DNA from: Podarcis tiliguerta
Taxonomy: Eukaryota
Assembly: GCA_965153285.1 (NCBI GenBank)
Contig: OZ229121.1
DNA: 64,000 nt
Reading direction: 5' to 3' (one strand)
Shown: positions 12,701 through 25,165 of the stretch, one piece after another
Position numbering within the stretch: the first letter of the stretch is position 1
Layout: each line of letters starts with the position of its first letter
Made by a program: the position numbers and the translations under genes
The notes under the pieces: generated by a model
What the model saw: the letters and a program-made list of their open reading frames with translations, nothing else
Told to the model about the DNA's origin: nothing
The model's database searches: none

Positions 12701-15700
12701 TGGCCCCAAAATGACATGGGAAGCGGCCAGGAAAAAATGTCATTCTATACAGTCAGAGCTTGCCAGCATTGTGAATCCATACATCCAATCGCTCTTATTG
12801 CTACGCATGTTAAAATACAAGGAGCCCGTGTGGATTGGCTTAAACAGCAATATGGTAAGAACATATGATATACATGAACATAAACCTGCTTATCCACATC
12901 AAGGGCTTGTATTGAGGGCATAGTTAGAAAGAACAGAACTTTTAATAGCTGACTTCATTGAAAATACCCTCAGCATTACTTCCCACAAACAGCTTTGGAT
13001 CTAACCTGTGGGTTACCTATGAGCACGTAGGGGTAGTGCGGTGGAGGAGAGTCCTCTATGCCACCTAACTTGCCACTGCCCACCCACTCACTTTAAAGAA
13101 AAGTTCAAACTGCTTCAAACAGCACTTTTGCAAAATGCTTTAAGGCAGCTCCAGTGCTCCCATTTCAGGCTGAAACCCAGTCATAAGAATCCAACAGTAA
13201 GCAGGACCACATACATATGTATGCACATTGGCTGATGTGATGGGAGGTGATTCTGCTTGGTCTGGGTGCGCGACAAACTCTGCCAGGTAGGTTACTGGCA
13301 GCCAGTGCAGAGTGATGATATGTGGTGACATATCATCCCATCATGCTGCCACCAATCTACCACATTCTACACTAGCTGTGGCCTCTAGGTCATATTCAAG
13401 AGCAGGCACATTAAATAAGTCCATGTGAGAGATCACCAGAGCATGGACAACTGAGACCCTACTACTGTGGTCCAGGAACTGCTGTAGCTAGCACCTTAGC
13501 CCAACCTGGACATAAGCAGTCCTAGCCACAGAAGCCATTTGAGACTCCAGTGATAAGTTGGAATCCAGCAGTACTCCCAAACTGTGAATCTGTTCCTTCA
13601 CAAGGAACCTCCTCCCAGAGAAGGTTGTCAACCAAATTCTTTGACATAGGAACTGTCCACCTACAACACCTACAACTTATCAGGATTCAGCCCTTCTATT
13701 GACCCCCTACCCATTACTGCTTCCAGATACCAGTTCAACACCTTCCTAGCCTCTCCTGATTCATATGGAAAGGAGAAACAGAGCTGTGTGCAGTCAGCAT
13801 TCTGATGACACCATGCTCCATATTCCTGGATAACACCTCGCCTATTTCAATTAGATGTTAAATAGTATAGGTATTAAATCTGATGTCACCCATATAGTAG
13901 TACTCTAAGTTAACCCCCTGAAAGATGATGGTGTGTGTAAATAAAATGAAAAGGAGAAAAAGTAAATAATGTGGAGTTCATGTTATGGGATGCAAATGTC
14001 AAAGTTTTTTTCTAAGCCAGCATGTGATGTTCCCATGTGCATTTGAATTTTAGACTGGTGAGCGTTACAAGTGGATAAGCAACCAGAGACTAGTATATAC
14101 TGATTGGGGTCCTGAAGAGCCAAAGCAGAAAATAGCATGTGTCTACTTACACCCTGATGGTCACTGGAAAACAGGAAATTGCAATGAAACATTCTTCACT
14201 GTCTGTGAGCGGCATCATGGTAAGCAAAGGAATGTACGGTATCTTTTTTAATATGGGACTTTGCCTGCTCCATTTGAAGATAGAGCTGAGAAATGTGCTC
14301 TTGAAACTTCTGCCTCTTTCATATGGAAAGAACTGTTACAGTTCAAACCATCAGGCCATAACTATCAGGCAAACAAAAATATGATGGAGTTACAATAAGT
14401 AATCTAGGATTTGGTAACCACATTTAGTACCCATTGATTTCAATTGAAGAGACTTGGGCAAGTGTTTTTAAGGCAGCAACCCTATATATATTAACACAGG
14501 AGTAAGCTCCATGCAACTCTGTGAACATTACTTTGAGTAAACTCTCATAGGCTTGCACTGTTAACCTACCATTGAAGTCAATAGGATTTAAAATAGCTCA
14601 CGTTTTATTAAAAGGATTCTTTTTTCTTTCTTTTGGTGGCCATTTTATGTCCATTCAGGGTATTGATTTCTCAGAGAGCAATGACTTGTAATATTACAAA
14701 TAGTTGGGAACAATGCCAGCTCTAAATTTGAGATTTCTGCCAAAGCACCAGCTGATGGGCAAAGCACCCTATGCTGGGGTGTCGTCCTGCTGGGCTTATC
14801 AGGTGGTGGCAAGAATGCTCTGATGAGCACCAAGCATCCCCCAGTCTTCCTTACAATTTCTCATAATGCTCCTAATGTAGCATCTGCCGAAAGCCCATGT
14901 CCTCTCCTGATATGTCCCACAGAGGAACTTACGGTCTTCAAACAAAAACATCCTGAAGGTCCCAGGCCACAGAGAGGTTAGGCTGGCCTCAACTAGAGCC
15001 AGGGCTTTTTCGGCTGTGGCTCCGATCTGGTGGAATGTTCTGTCACAAGAGACTAGGGCCCTGCGGGACTTGACATCTTTCCGCAGGGCCTGCAAGACAG
15101 AGCTGTTCCACCAGGCCTTTGGCCAGGGCACAGCCTGACTCCCTCCTTTGTCAAATTTCACAGAACTCTAGCCCAATGGTTGCCATCAATTTGATTTGAA
15201 TTAATTTTATAATGAAATTATTTTATAATGTTGTATTATTTTATTGTTGTTAGCCGCCCTGAGCCCGGCTTCGGCTGGGGAGGGCGGGATATAAATAAAG
15301 ATTATTATTATTATTATTATTATGTGCAGGGGGGCAGGGGGGTGGGAAGGCAAAGCAGGTATTACTGGTGGGCCCTGCCACTGTGCCCAAGGATGCCATG
15401 TACTGACAATGGTTTTGGCTATGACTCAAATGAGATAAATTTAAATATTTTCCAATAAAATATTTCAGGGTACTGCCCCCCAAGTTGATTGGCATTGCCA
15501 TTCAAATGGCATGAGTGTCATTGATTATGTGGGCAGGGCTTACCTCCCCCCCCCCCCATATTTTATTCAAGTTGGCACTCCTGGCGCAGCTGTAACAGTT
15601 TTTGGATGGGTAAAAAAAAAATAATCACTTGATATCCCCTAGCATTTTGTCAACAAATTGATCTGAAAAATACAGACACCTTTAAAATTAATTCTGCAGA

Positions 15701-18700
15701 GAAAAAGAATTAAATTATTCACTTTCTGTGTAAAATTATTGCCTCTGATTATATGCTTAACCTGTCAATTACAGCACAGCTTTCCCTCCTTGCCCTGCCC
15801 AGTCTCATATTTGCTCTCCTTCCCCCATCATTTCATGTTTATGTTCTGGAAACTAGTCTGCAACAGTTTTTTAATGCCTGGATTGGCACCATGAAGCTCT
15901 TCTGAGGGCCCTGTTTTGACATGTGCAAAGTTGCAGACATCTCATTTCACTAGCCCAAGATGCCACTAGCCCAAGATGCCACCTTGATATTCTGCTTCAT
16001 CTCATGATTTGGGATTTGTTTGCACATCCTTAGTATTTATAGGTTTCTAATATATTTATATAAAATAAATAAAATAAAATACTTGTTTCATAATAGGCAA
16101 AATCCCAACTGAACCTCCACAGGCACCAGGAAAATGCCCTGAATCAAAACAGAACCAGATATCTTGGATTCCTTTTCGGGCACATTGCTATAAATTCTTC
16201 ACTGGTTGGTTTGATCGCCCAACAGCACACTTCAAATGTTCTCAGTTAGGTGGGTATCGTTTTGAATTAGATCATGACATAAATTTTCCATGCTAGGAAA
16301 CTCCTAGTTAGTATGTAAAACCAATGTGGTAAGTGGATGGTGTTGCAGGGAAGTCCTATCCTATGCAGGTCTATCAAGAAATATGCTCCATCAAGTTCAG
16401 TGGGGCCTATAGCTAAGTAAGTGGGTACAGGATTTTAGCCTTGGACTTTGACCAGAGAGACAGAGGTTCAATTTCTTGCTCACCCACAAACCTCACTGGA
16501 TGCCTTGGGCCAATCCCCCACCTTTTAGCTTAATATGTCTTACTGAGTTGCTATAATGATAATGCAGAAAGGAAGGAAGCCTGGAATTGACCCTGTAGTC
16601 CTTGGAGGTACTGTAGAATGGCAAGGCACAGCAAGTGGGGTTTCTGACTGACAATGCTGCCCACACCTACTTTGGGAGAGGCCAAGTTGAGGGAAGATTG
16701 GAAGAACAGGTGGTTTGTCCTTCAGAGCACTCACGTCATCAGCAAATGCCTGACTGTGCTAACCCCTAATAATAAATCTTTCTATTGTTTGGTGCTTCTG
16801 TGTGAGGTGGGTTGTGCTGTTCTACTACTTATCATCCTCATTTGTCCAACCAAGAGATTTATGTATGAATCTTACTGAATAAAAGTTAATTGGTGGGGTG
16901 GTAAAAAGCCACATGCCATATGCACACACACAATTATTAACTTTCCATTTTATTTCCTCCGCAGTACCTCTGAGCCCAGATAGAATGTTGCTCCACTGGG
17001 GCCAGAGAAGCACTGTGGGGAAACCAAAATTGTGTGTGCCAGCAACAGTGCTTTCCTTCTAAGCTGACTTATGGTCATACATAACAGATGGGCATCTAAC
17101 TTCTGCTTAGAAACTTCCAAGAAAGGGGAGTGCACCACCTCTCATGGGAGTCTTTTCCACTGTTGAACAATCAGAAAGTCAGAAAGTTCTTCCTGATATT
17201 TAGTTGGAATCTCCTTCCTTGTAATTTGAAACCAATGGTCAGTTTTGCCAGTGTGTATCTATTAAATACGTTGTTGCTTCTGTTTCGTCGTACCTGCCCC
17301 TAAGGTCCCAGAGCAATTTACAATGATAAAAGTATGCAGTATGAAAATTGTAATTATTTAAATAAATTAAAGGTGGTATGACAAATTCTTAATGAATTAC
17401 GAATTTAACTCATCTGATGTTTCCTAGGTAGCACCTTGGCTTCTATAGAAGATTTAGCTGAACTGAAATTTTTAGTGGAGCACACACAGCAAAACACACG
17501 TTGGAATTATTGGATAGGATTAATTAGAAATATTGAAGGTAACTGTTTTACAGTCAATGTTTATACTATAATAACATTTATAATACTTATTTCTAATATA
17601 GTTATTTATTAAAACAATTTATTTACAATATTCTCTATGTGGTTTACAAGAAATGCAATACAAGAAGGTAAAAATTGGTTAAAACTATAAACATTTTTGG
17701 AAGTGAAAGAGCTCAGATGATACCTAACTCCCAGAAAATCTTCGTACATCAAGCCCAACAGTTCTTCCATGTGCTTGAGGGGTCACACCAGCATAAGAAT
17801 GTAAAGGCATATGTGGTGGGAATGTTCAAAGGTGAAGTTGTTTTAGGAAAATGTTGTCCAGGGAATTTCTTTAATTGCATCTCAGAGTTTTCCTTTTTTT
17901 TTCTTTTTCTTTTTTTTTGCATTAGCTAATATATGGAAGAAATTGAAGTTAAAAAGCATATAATTTGTAACACATCTTCTAATGGCAGTACATACAGCCA
18001 TAGGTAGTAATTGGAAAACTTAAAATTTGCTAGAAATAGACTAATGTTATAACACAGTTTGGCAAACAGCCTTGCTGGAATTACTGGAGATAGACACCAG
18101 TTTAGAAATGAGACAGTTTCCTTGGATTTAGGTGGAAAGGAGAAATAGAGCTGGGTGTCATCAGCAAACTGGTGGCACAGCACCTCAAAACTCTGGACAA
18201 CCTCTCCCAGTGGTTTCATGTAAATGTTAAATAGCATAGACAACAGAACAGAACCATGAGAGACCCCGCAGGCCAATGGCCAAGGGATGTTGGAAACCAG
18301 AATATTTGTATTTAGCCTCGCAAACTAAAAAAATAAGTGTGTTGTTCCCAGTGAGCTTGAGGTAAGTGTGCTTGAAGCTATAGCTTCAGATTAGAAGAAT
18401 AACAGTCTACATTAGGAAATGGCATCTATATGTTAAAGTTCACTTTATAAAAAAGCAGAGCCAACCATTTTTCCAAAATAGTTGTGGGAGTTTTGGGTAC
18501 TGATCTAGAAAAAGAGTTTTAAGGTATGAAAAATATGTACAGGCAGCCCCCGCCCCCAATTTATGTGCATTCAGTATGTGTGTGACCATGTATACGCACA
18601 TCACACCAAATGCAGAAGTGACCTGGAAACGTCATAAAGACAGCACTGAAATATCACTAAAAGGGCAGAACGGGGTTGGGATGGGGTTTTTGCAGGCTTT

Positions 18701-21700
18701 TTTCAATGGGTTTCAATTATACACGATTTCATCAACACATGTGATGCCTTGGAATGTAACTCCCATGGAAACAGGGACCTGCCTGTAATTCCTAGTTTAG
18801 AGAAAGGAGAAAAAGAGATGTATCTACTAGTTGTTTTAAAAAGAAATACTACATCTAATCTGGTTTTGATCCCGAGCAGTGTGAGCAGTCCCTGTTCCCA
18901 TGACACTTCTATATTGTCTATATAAAAAAGCTGCTCCTGAGAGCCAGGCAGCTGTCCAAAATAGAGCTCAATATGGTCTGGGGGGATGTGGGGGGGGAGG
19001 GGCCACTGTAGCCAGAAATCAGACACCTTCCCCATACTGTTAGTGTATTCAGTGTTCTGATATAATATTGCTGGTTGCTTGCATATTTTCCAAACTAAAA
19101 ATGGTGAGTGTATTTTTAAATTGTGTTTCCATATAGAACACATTGCAATGTTTGTGCTGCTCCTTCCCTTTTTAGTCATTACAATATCTATTGATTTTAA
19201 TAATAGGATTTGATTTTAATAATAGGAGAATGGTTATGGGAAGATAAGACTGAAGTAGATTTTGTCAACTGGAAAGCAAATGAGCCCACATTCGAGCCTG
19301 AAGATTATTCCTCTTACTATAGTGGCATCTGCGCTTACATGAAGGCAGATAATGGGGAGTGGTACAAGGAACGCTGCAGAAGATCTAACGGATTTATTTG
19401 TAAAAGACACAAAAGTAAGACATTTTCTTATTTATTAGCAATAATTCTTATTCAAAACAGTATTTAATTGTTGAGGTGAGTTGTATAGAACTACAGTGAA
19501 TGTCTTAGGACAGTCTTGTGTAATTGTTTTCTGGCTAGATTCATATTACTATAAGTTTATCCATGTCATCTCTTTATCTGCCCTCCTCTTAAAGTTGGTA
19601 ACAAAGGTGTTTCTGTGAGACTACTGCCCAGAGAGTGACTGTTTCCTGTCTGCATGTTTATAATATTCTGCCTTGTTCTATCCTTACTAGCAAGTTCTCA
19701 GTGGGGGTTTTGGGGGGGGGGATGCAATCTTTCCCAACTGCCTTTCTTTTTCTTGCACATTCCATCAAATTGGTCCTCTTTTTGTGTGTGTGTCCTCCAT
19801 ACTCTTTGTTACTTCCCATTCTCTTTCCAACTTCTGGCAGACCTTACTGGAGCTTCCAGTCATTGACTCTCTAACAACAAATGGTAAAAGATAGAACCAA
19901 AGCTAGAGAATAATCATTTTCACTACTTCTATATTTAATAATGTTATGAACATTTGATAAATATATAATAGCAAAGGTTCCCACTATTATTTACAGTCCT
20001 CAGAATGGGTATATTCAACATTTTAATAAATCGTTCCTTTTATTCAAAAGGAAAAACCATTTAATAGATTCCACTTTGACAGTTTTAAGGCTCAGGTCAC
20101 CATGCCTGACTGATCTTGCTAAGCGTTTGAGTGGATTGAGTGAACAGACCGAACATTTCAAATTCAAAACTTGGTCCCCATAACATATTTTTTAATTGAA
20201 AGAAGCACATCTGGAAGCATATCTGAGGTGCATATTCATGCTTTCCCTGTAATATTATTACATATTATTACACTCACACCAATCTCAAAGTGATAAGACC
20301 TTCTCCAGTCATCTGTACTCTTCAGTTGCAAAAGGGTGACTTAAGACTCTCCAGGGCAATTTTACTTAAAGAAACAGATTTGGTGACTGTAGTAGTCCTC
20401 TTTTCTTTTTTGTCCATTACCTCCAAGGAAGGATCTTGAGAAGCAGGAGTGCAGACCTACTGAGAAATGTGTGCACGGCCCAATGCATACATGGCAGATA
20501 GACTGGCAGTCCCCATGCTAAACTCCGAGACCTTGCCATATCTCCAGAATTCAATGTTTACACTAGGCTAGAGACAAAGGAACTGACAGAGTCCTTGTTT
20601 ACCCAGGAATGTCCCATCAAGAATCAGTTTTGCTCTAGTTTCTCCTCTGAGTATTAAATAGAAGGGTAAAAAATGTGCAGCACACTAAGCTATTTCTGGA
20701 AAAGTTGAAATACAAATGTGGTAAATGGATAATAATTGCGTATTTATTTCACAAGATTTCTATATTGCTTGGTTGTAACAAAACCTCAGATAAGACTTGT
20801 AGGTAGCAATTGATTACATTGGATGGAAAAGCAGAAGGTTAGCTTATTGAGACATTCGTTCCAAAAGGTATATACTGTATTTCAGTCTACAGGGGATCGG
20901 TTCTTGGCAGAGAGTTACAAGTGTGCCACATTTATTCAGAATTCCATGCCAATGAAACCAGCAGGACTTGTTTCCAAATAAATTACTTTTACTGCAGCAC
21001 TTTTCGTAACAAGAACAATGAAATCAGCTGAGGGAGAAATGGAGAGGGACCAATTTGAAAGCATAAGAAGCAGTTATACTAAAGCTAAGCAGGTCTGAAA
21101 GTTACCTGGATATGATACTACCCCAAGCCATATGTAAACTGCCCTAATCTCTTAGGAAGAAGTGCAGGATATAAGTATACCTAGAAGAGGAATAATTAGG
21201 AGGTCCAAGGGCCCAATCTACTTGAATACAATCCTTTCAATAAACTCCCTCTCCCTACCCCCCACATTCCCCATTAATCCATTCCATGTACAGTGGTACC
21301 TCGGGTTAAGTACTTAATTCGTTTCTGAGGTCCGTTCTTAACCTGAAACTGTTCTTAACCTGAAGCAGCATTTTAGCTAATGGGGCCTCCTGCTGCTGCC
21401 GCGCCGCCGGAGCACGATTCCTGTTCTCATCCTGAAGCAAAGTTCTTAACCTGAAGTACTATTTATGGGTTAGCGGAGTCTGTAACCTGAAGCGTATGTA
21501 ACCTGAAGCGAATGTAACCCGAGGTACCACTGTAGTTTGTTTCTAGGTACTCCAGCCAATTTGCTAATGTCACCTGACCACCTATTTCTTCATTGTCAAA
21601 TGATGCTTGAAATGGCTTGCTGCTTCTTACTTAGCACAATTGATTTTAAAAGCTCACATTTATTTTTTGAAAGTTATTTCTGTAACCTGATCCTGGTATT

Positions 21701-23778
21701 CCAGAACAAAAGCTAAAGAGAAGAATCGTTCAGTGAACCATTCACATTTTAAACCCTTTTCTAACTTGTGAGAACTTAACATTCATTTCAATTTTTAAGA
21801 GCTACTCGTGGTAGAATCCATTATCTGACAATATTTGAATGGTTAATTGACCATTCCTACATTTTTTTAAAAAATAGATAATGCTGGCTGAATTTGCTGG
21901 CAAGCAGACTAACTTTCCTTTTACTCTTCCACCTTAGTCAGGCTCACTTTATTGCTAATCAAAGCTCTGAACTAAAAAAAAAGAAAAAAGGTTAATAATA
22001 TTGTCTTGCATACCTGTCTTCCCTACTATGTTGAAAACATTTGCTTCTGTAGTTTGCTATTACTGTAGATAGATAGATGATAAATAGATACACACAACAA
22101 TCACACACATCTTAAACATTTCTTTTGTTTTACAGTTATTGAAGAGACAACTAAGTCACCTACAAAAACTACAGGTAAGACTGGGTTTTTTTAAAAAAAC
22201 CTCAAGTAAAATTACAAGCATCTGTGCTATCCAGAACATTGAGCCAAACATTCTCCAAAAAGAACTTCTGACTCAAATTTCTAGGAGTGGGATTCATGCA
22301 ATAACTGGGACCATAACAAACCCTCAACTCAGCATCTTTCAGCATAGCGGTCTGTTCCTTCCTCTTCTGAATTGTTCCACTATTCTAAGGTGGTCATTTT
22401 GCTTTGAGGAATCCCCAACTCCCAGTGAAGTAATGTCTCCAGTATTTGTTTGTTTATTTTTTCAGATATCTGTATACTGTATACTGTATACTATATACTA
22501 CATACTGAAGAAGTGTGCATGCACACAAAAGCTCATACCAATAACAAACTTAGTTGGTCTCTAAGGTGCTACTGGAAGGAATTTTTTTATTTTGTTTCTA
22601 TATACTGTTTAATATTCAGAATTTCTAAGCCATGTGCATAATATGTATTTCTAAGTACTCTCAAACTGCCTCTGCTCTGCTATATGCATTTTTGTAAACG
22701 TTGTTTGATTAGAGAACTGCATCACAATATTCAGATAGATGTGAATTCCAAAGGATAGCTGTGTTTCAGTTTGTGTGTTGTTCTAGAAAGTGTATTTGGT
22801 AGGTTCACCTTTATATGTGAAATCAAATTTTCCCCATGTTCCTACCACATCCAGGCAGGCAGAAATCAACAACTGAACCCTCTTCTACCATAAGCTCTTC
22901 AGTTTATGTAGGCACTAATACATTTCCCTACTGGGGAAAAATGATAGCAACTCTCCTTTCTTCTGAAAAAACTGCTACTATGAAGCAGGACAGCTGAGGG
23001 GTGGGTGAGAGATCTCGTTGTAATGGAGTATTCTATAGTGTTTCATGTGTAAGATGGAAGCGCAAAAGGCAAATCATCTTTTATCTGCAGATGCACAGAA
23101 TAATAGTATCCTGTTTAAGAAGTAGTGCAAAGACAACTGGGGGAAGGTATACTATTGCCTTGACATTTTGGGGTTTTTTCAGTTGCATTGCAACATCCAA
23201 ACTTCTTTTGGGCTGGATTCCTTCACAGCCTGCCAAAGCTATTTTCTTTTTTTAAAAAGGGATGTACTCCTATTTTCTTTTTTACAAAAGGGGTGTACTC
23301 CTATTTTAAGAGGAATCTGAGCTACTCCAGTGCATCTTTTTTGCTTCTGCGTCCCCTTCCCTCCTTGCAGTCAGGTGACCATTTCATTGGCTGGTAGGTT
23401 TTCAGCACACTATGCTTATGTGCAGAAAATACCACCCAGACATCCTTCCTGTTCTTACAAGGGGGTTGTCACTGGTTTGCCATAGTATATAGTATTCAGT
23501 GTTGTCTATTATATTTTTAATATATATTACATTTTCCCGCACTGGCAGAGCAAGAAGATAGTTCTGCATCAGAACGTGGCAGAGTTATAACGGTGGTTTT
23601 CCCAGTGTTCTTCATCCTCATCCTCATTGGTGCAGGCATTGCACTTTATATTGTCTACAGAAGAAGATTTCAACAACAACAAACTACTGGTAGCTTTGAC
23701 AATGCCTTGTATCATGACAATAGGATTCTTATTCAGAATAATGAGTCAGAAGTATACGTGGAGGACAAAGGAATGTAA
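1716..23778 (+). CDS. MRC1: Macrophage mannose receptor 1-like (MRC1/MRC1L family), 3' half of a spliced gene, 13 coding exons; 5' part lies upstream of the window
   Basis: 13 exons splice in frame with matching phases into CTLD5-CTLD8 (WIGL motifs, conserved Cys), a Thr-rich stalk, a TM helix and a tail with FDNALY. Colinear with human MRC1 as recalled. Ortholog vs paralog unresolved. Confidence 0.93.
4377..4477 (+). CDS. MRC1: MRC1-like exon ([33 protein letters not shown])
   Basis: ctatag acceptor; non-canonical AG|GCAAGT donor gives the phase 1 required by the next exon. Confidence 0.9.
4819..5533. mobile_element. Non-autonomous hAT element
   Basis: cggtgccttttt...aaaaaagcactg; perfect 8-bp TSD ataattgc. 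Confidence 0.8.
5665..7348 (+). mobile_element. 5'-truncated non-LTR retrotransposon (RTE-X-like LINE) RT and C-terminal Zn-knuckle region
   Basis: [44 protein letters not shown]...LLTCPSY; AATAAA and (GAT)n tail; TGA at 5770 and frameshift at the poly-C run near 6012-6025; clade assignment tentative. Confidence 0.88.
7778..7920 (+). CDS. MRC1: MRC1-like exon ([22 protein letters not shown]...[13 protein letters not shown])
   Basis: tttcag/gtaact; end of CTLD5, linker and start of CTLD6. Confidence 0.92.
8662..8776 (+). CDS. MRC1: MRC1-like exon ([38 protein letters not shown])
   Basis: ccccag/gtcagt; matches human CFKIFGFMEEERKNWQEARKAC. Confidence 0.92.
9672..9702. repeat. (GA)n microsatellite
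   Basis: direct reading. Confidence 0.9.
10167..10312 (+). CDS. MRC1: MRC1-like exon ([49 protein letters not shown])
   Basis: attcag/gtaagt; WIGL motif of CTLD6. Confidence 0.93.
11639..11741 (+). CDS. MRC1: MRC1-like exon ([34 protein letters not shown])
   Basis: ccttag/gtatgt; end of CTLD6. Confidence 0.9.
12364..12440 (-). mobile_element. Sauria SINE 3' fragment
   Basis: aaaggtaaaggtaaaggtacccctg...gactctagggttgtgcgcccatctc. Confidence 0.7.
12622..12854 (+). CDS. MRC1: MRC1-like exon ([10 protein letters not shown]...[10 protein letters not shown]...VWIGLNSNM)
   Basis: ctatag/gtaaga; CTLD7 first half. Confidence 0.93.
14054..14219 (+). CDS. MRC1: MRC1-like exon ([55 protein letters not shown])
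   Basis: ttttag/gtaagc; CTLD7 second half. Confidence 0.93.
14897..15323 (+). mobile_element. L2/CR1-group LINE 3' end with (TTA)n tail
   Basis: [12 protein letters not shown]-type C-terminus, gccgccctgagccc...gggagggcgggatataaataaa, then (att)n. Confidence 0.75.
16097..16249 (+). CDS. MRC1: MRC1-like exon ([34 protein letters not shown]...KCSQL)
   Basis: taatag/gtgggt; matches human TEPPQLPGRCPES...WIPFHGHCY. Confidence 0.92.
   Translation, partial: AKSQLNLHRHQENALNQNRTRYLGFLFGHIAINSSLVGLIAQQHTSNVLS
17060..17240 (-). mobile_element. CR1 3' fragment
   Basis: minus-strand [18 protein letters not shown], a typical CR1 ORF2 C-terminus. Confidence 0.65.
17428..17538 (+). CDS. MRC1: MRC1-like exon ([37 protein letters not shown])
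   Basis: tcctag/gtaact; CTLD8 WIGL. Confidence 0.92.
18085..18285 (-). mobile_element. L2/CR1-group RT fragment
   Basis: [24 protein letters not shown]...[13 protein letters not shown]. Confidence 0.8.
18540..18785. mobile_element. Tc1/mariner-type MITE
   Basis: ta|caggcag...ctgcctg|ta. Confidence 0.65.
19226..19414 (+). CDS. MRC1: MRC1-like exon ([16 protein letters not shown]...GFICKRHK)
   Basis: aatag/gtaaga; end of CTLD8. Confidence 0.92.
21291..21532. mobile_element. Tc1/mariner (Tigger-like) MITE
   Basis: TIR cagtggtacctcgggtta, TA TSD. Confidence 0.9.
22136..22174 (+). CDS. MRC1: MRC1-like stalk mini-exon ([13 protein letters not shown])
   Basis: strong polypyrimidine tract, ttacag/gtaaga, 39 nt, phase 1-1. 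Confidence 0.85.
22505..22600. mobile_element. Penelope-like element fragment (second copy about 35554-35650)
   Basis: ctgaagaagtgtgcatgcacac...ttggtctctaaggtgctactgga occurs at both sites; family call from recall. Confidence 0.6.
23549..23778 (+). CDS. MRC1: MRC1-like last exon: TM helix and cytoplasmic tail with FDNALY endocytosis motif, TAA stop
   Basis: ggcag acceptor; hydrophobic [22 protein letters not shown] followed by RRR; FDNALY resembles human FENTLY. Confidence 0.93.
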
Positions 23779-24769
23779 TGCTATATGCACTTACATGTGA
23801 GTAAGTCCCAGAGAGCTCAATAGGAGTTACTTCTGAATTGACAGGTATAGGATTGCACTGTTTATTCATTCATTTCCAAGAAGTAACCATTGTTGGGAAT
23901 GGTTTGTCCCAAGCCTTAATATGCAAGGGTACTTTCTATGATCATGCTTATTATGTGGAATGCTCTGAATGCATAATTATTATTTAGTGAAAACATATTC
24001 ACAAAATATGTTAAAATTAAATATTACTAGACTTGAAAAATTAAGGATTGTGTCATTGATATCCTCTGGCAACCAAGGTACTGCACAATATTTTTGCCAT
24101 GCATGAAAAAAAAACCCACTTGTCCGGTGTTGTAGAAAGAGCAAGGGGTGTAGCTCACCCTCTTCCACTCTTCCAAAAAAGATAATAATCAAGATGCTTT
24201 TTGTTCTTTTTAAAGGATTCAATATGTGCAGCCCAGGTTCTGATTCAATACCTAATTTTGTATCCGCAGATAGGCCTATTTCTGATTGCATTGTATGTCT
24301 AGCCTTTGCTTGTTTGGTGGCATTTCTGCTTATGGCTTAAAATGGCATGCTTTTATTTGTTTTCTTAAATAGGATAGTGAAATGTTTCTTTCTGTCCACC
24401 CTTGCACTTCTCCTCCAGAAGTGCCAATCATCAGTATGAAAATAGGCTTCCATATGTGCAGCCCAGGTGCTAAGTAAAAAAGAGTAACTGCATACATAGC
24501 GCCTAGCTGTAAATGCATTTTCTTACCTGACTAAGACTGTTTCTGCCTATAGAGTGTCTTGTTAGAGGGCATGTCTTTGGGTTAGGGTATCGTTTAGCAG
24601 GTTTAGTTGGTATTATTATTGCCCCAATCGTCTAAAATGTTTTAAATTGTTTTTAACTGCTTTTAAAGTTGTGTGTTTTTAAAATCGGGGTTTTGTTGTT
24701 GTTTCCATTGAAAATTGCAGTGGCGACCTCAGTGGCACAGCTATTCTCCTATCTTGACAGTTAGCCTAA

Positions 24770-25165
24770 ATTCTGTGGCTATGCTCTGGTAACCTCTATG
24801 TTAGATTATTGCCACATGTTATATGTGGGGTTGCTTCTGAAGACAGCTTGGAAACTTCAGCTGGTACAGAATTCGGCAGCCAGGCTGTTCACCAAGGCAA
24901 GATGGTTTGAGCATATTACACCAATCCTGGCCCAACTACACTTCATTACATATCTTTAGGCATTGGGCAAAACATTTCGCTTCAACCCGGACTTTGACTG
25001 ATTAACTTTCTATGGCCTTTTAAATGTGTTGTGGGGGTTTGTTTGTTTTTGTTTTTGTTATATTAACTATTTTGTGCTCTCATTTTGTATTTTTAAGTTG
25101 TGAACCCCTCTGTGATCTTTGGATGAAAGATGATATACAAATCTAACTAACTAACTAAATAAAAA
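24770..25165 (+). mobile_element. L2-type LINE 3' fragment
   Basis: ALVTSMLDYC..LYVGLLLKTAWKLQLVQNSAARL..HITPIL. Confidence 0.7.

Noticed and set aside
25158-25163. L2-derived AATAAA as the MRC1-like polyA signal
   Set aside because: An ATTAAA occurs earlier (about 24016); the 3' end cannot be decided without transcript data
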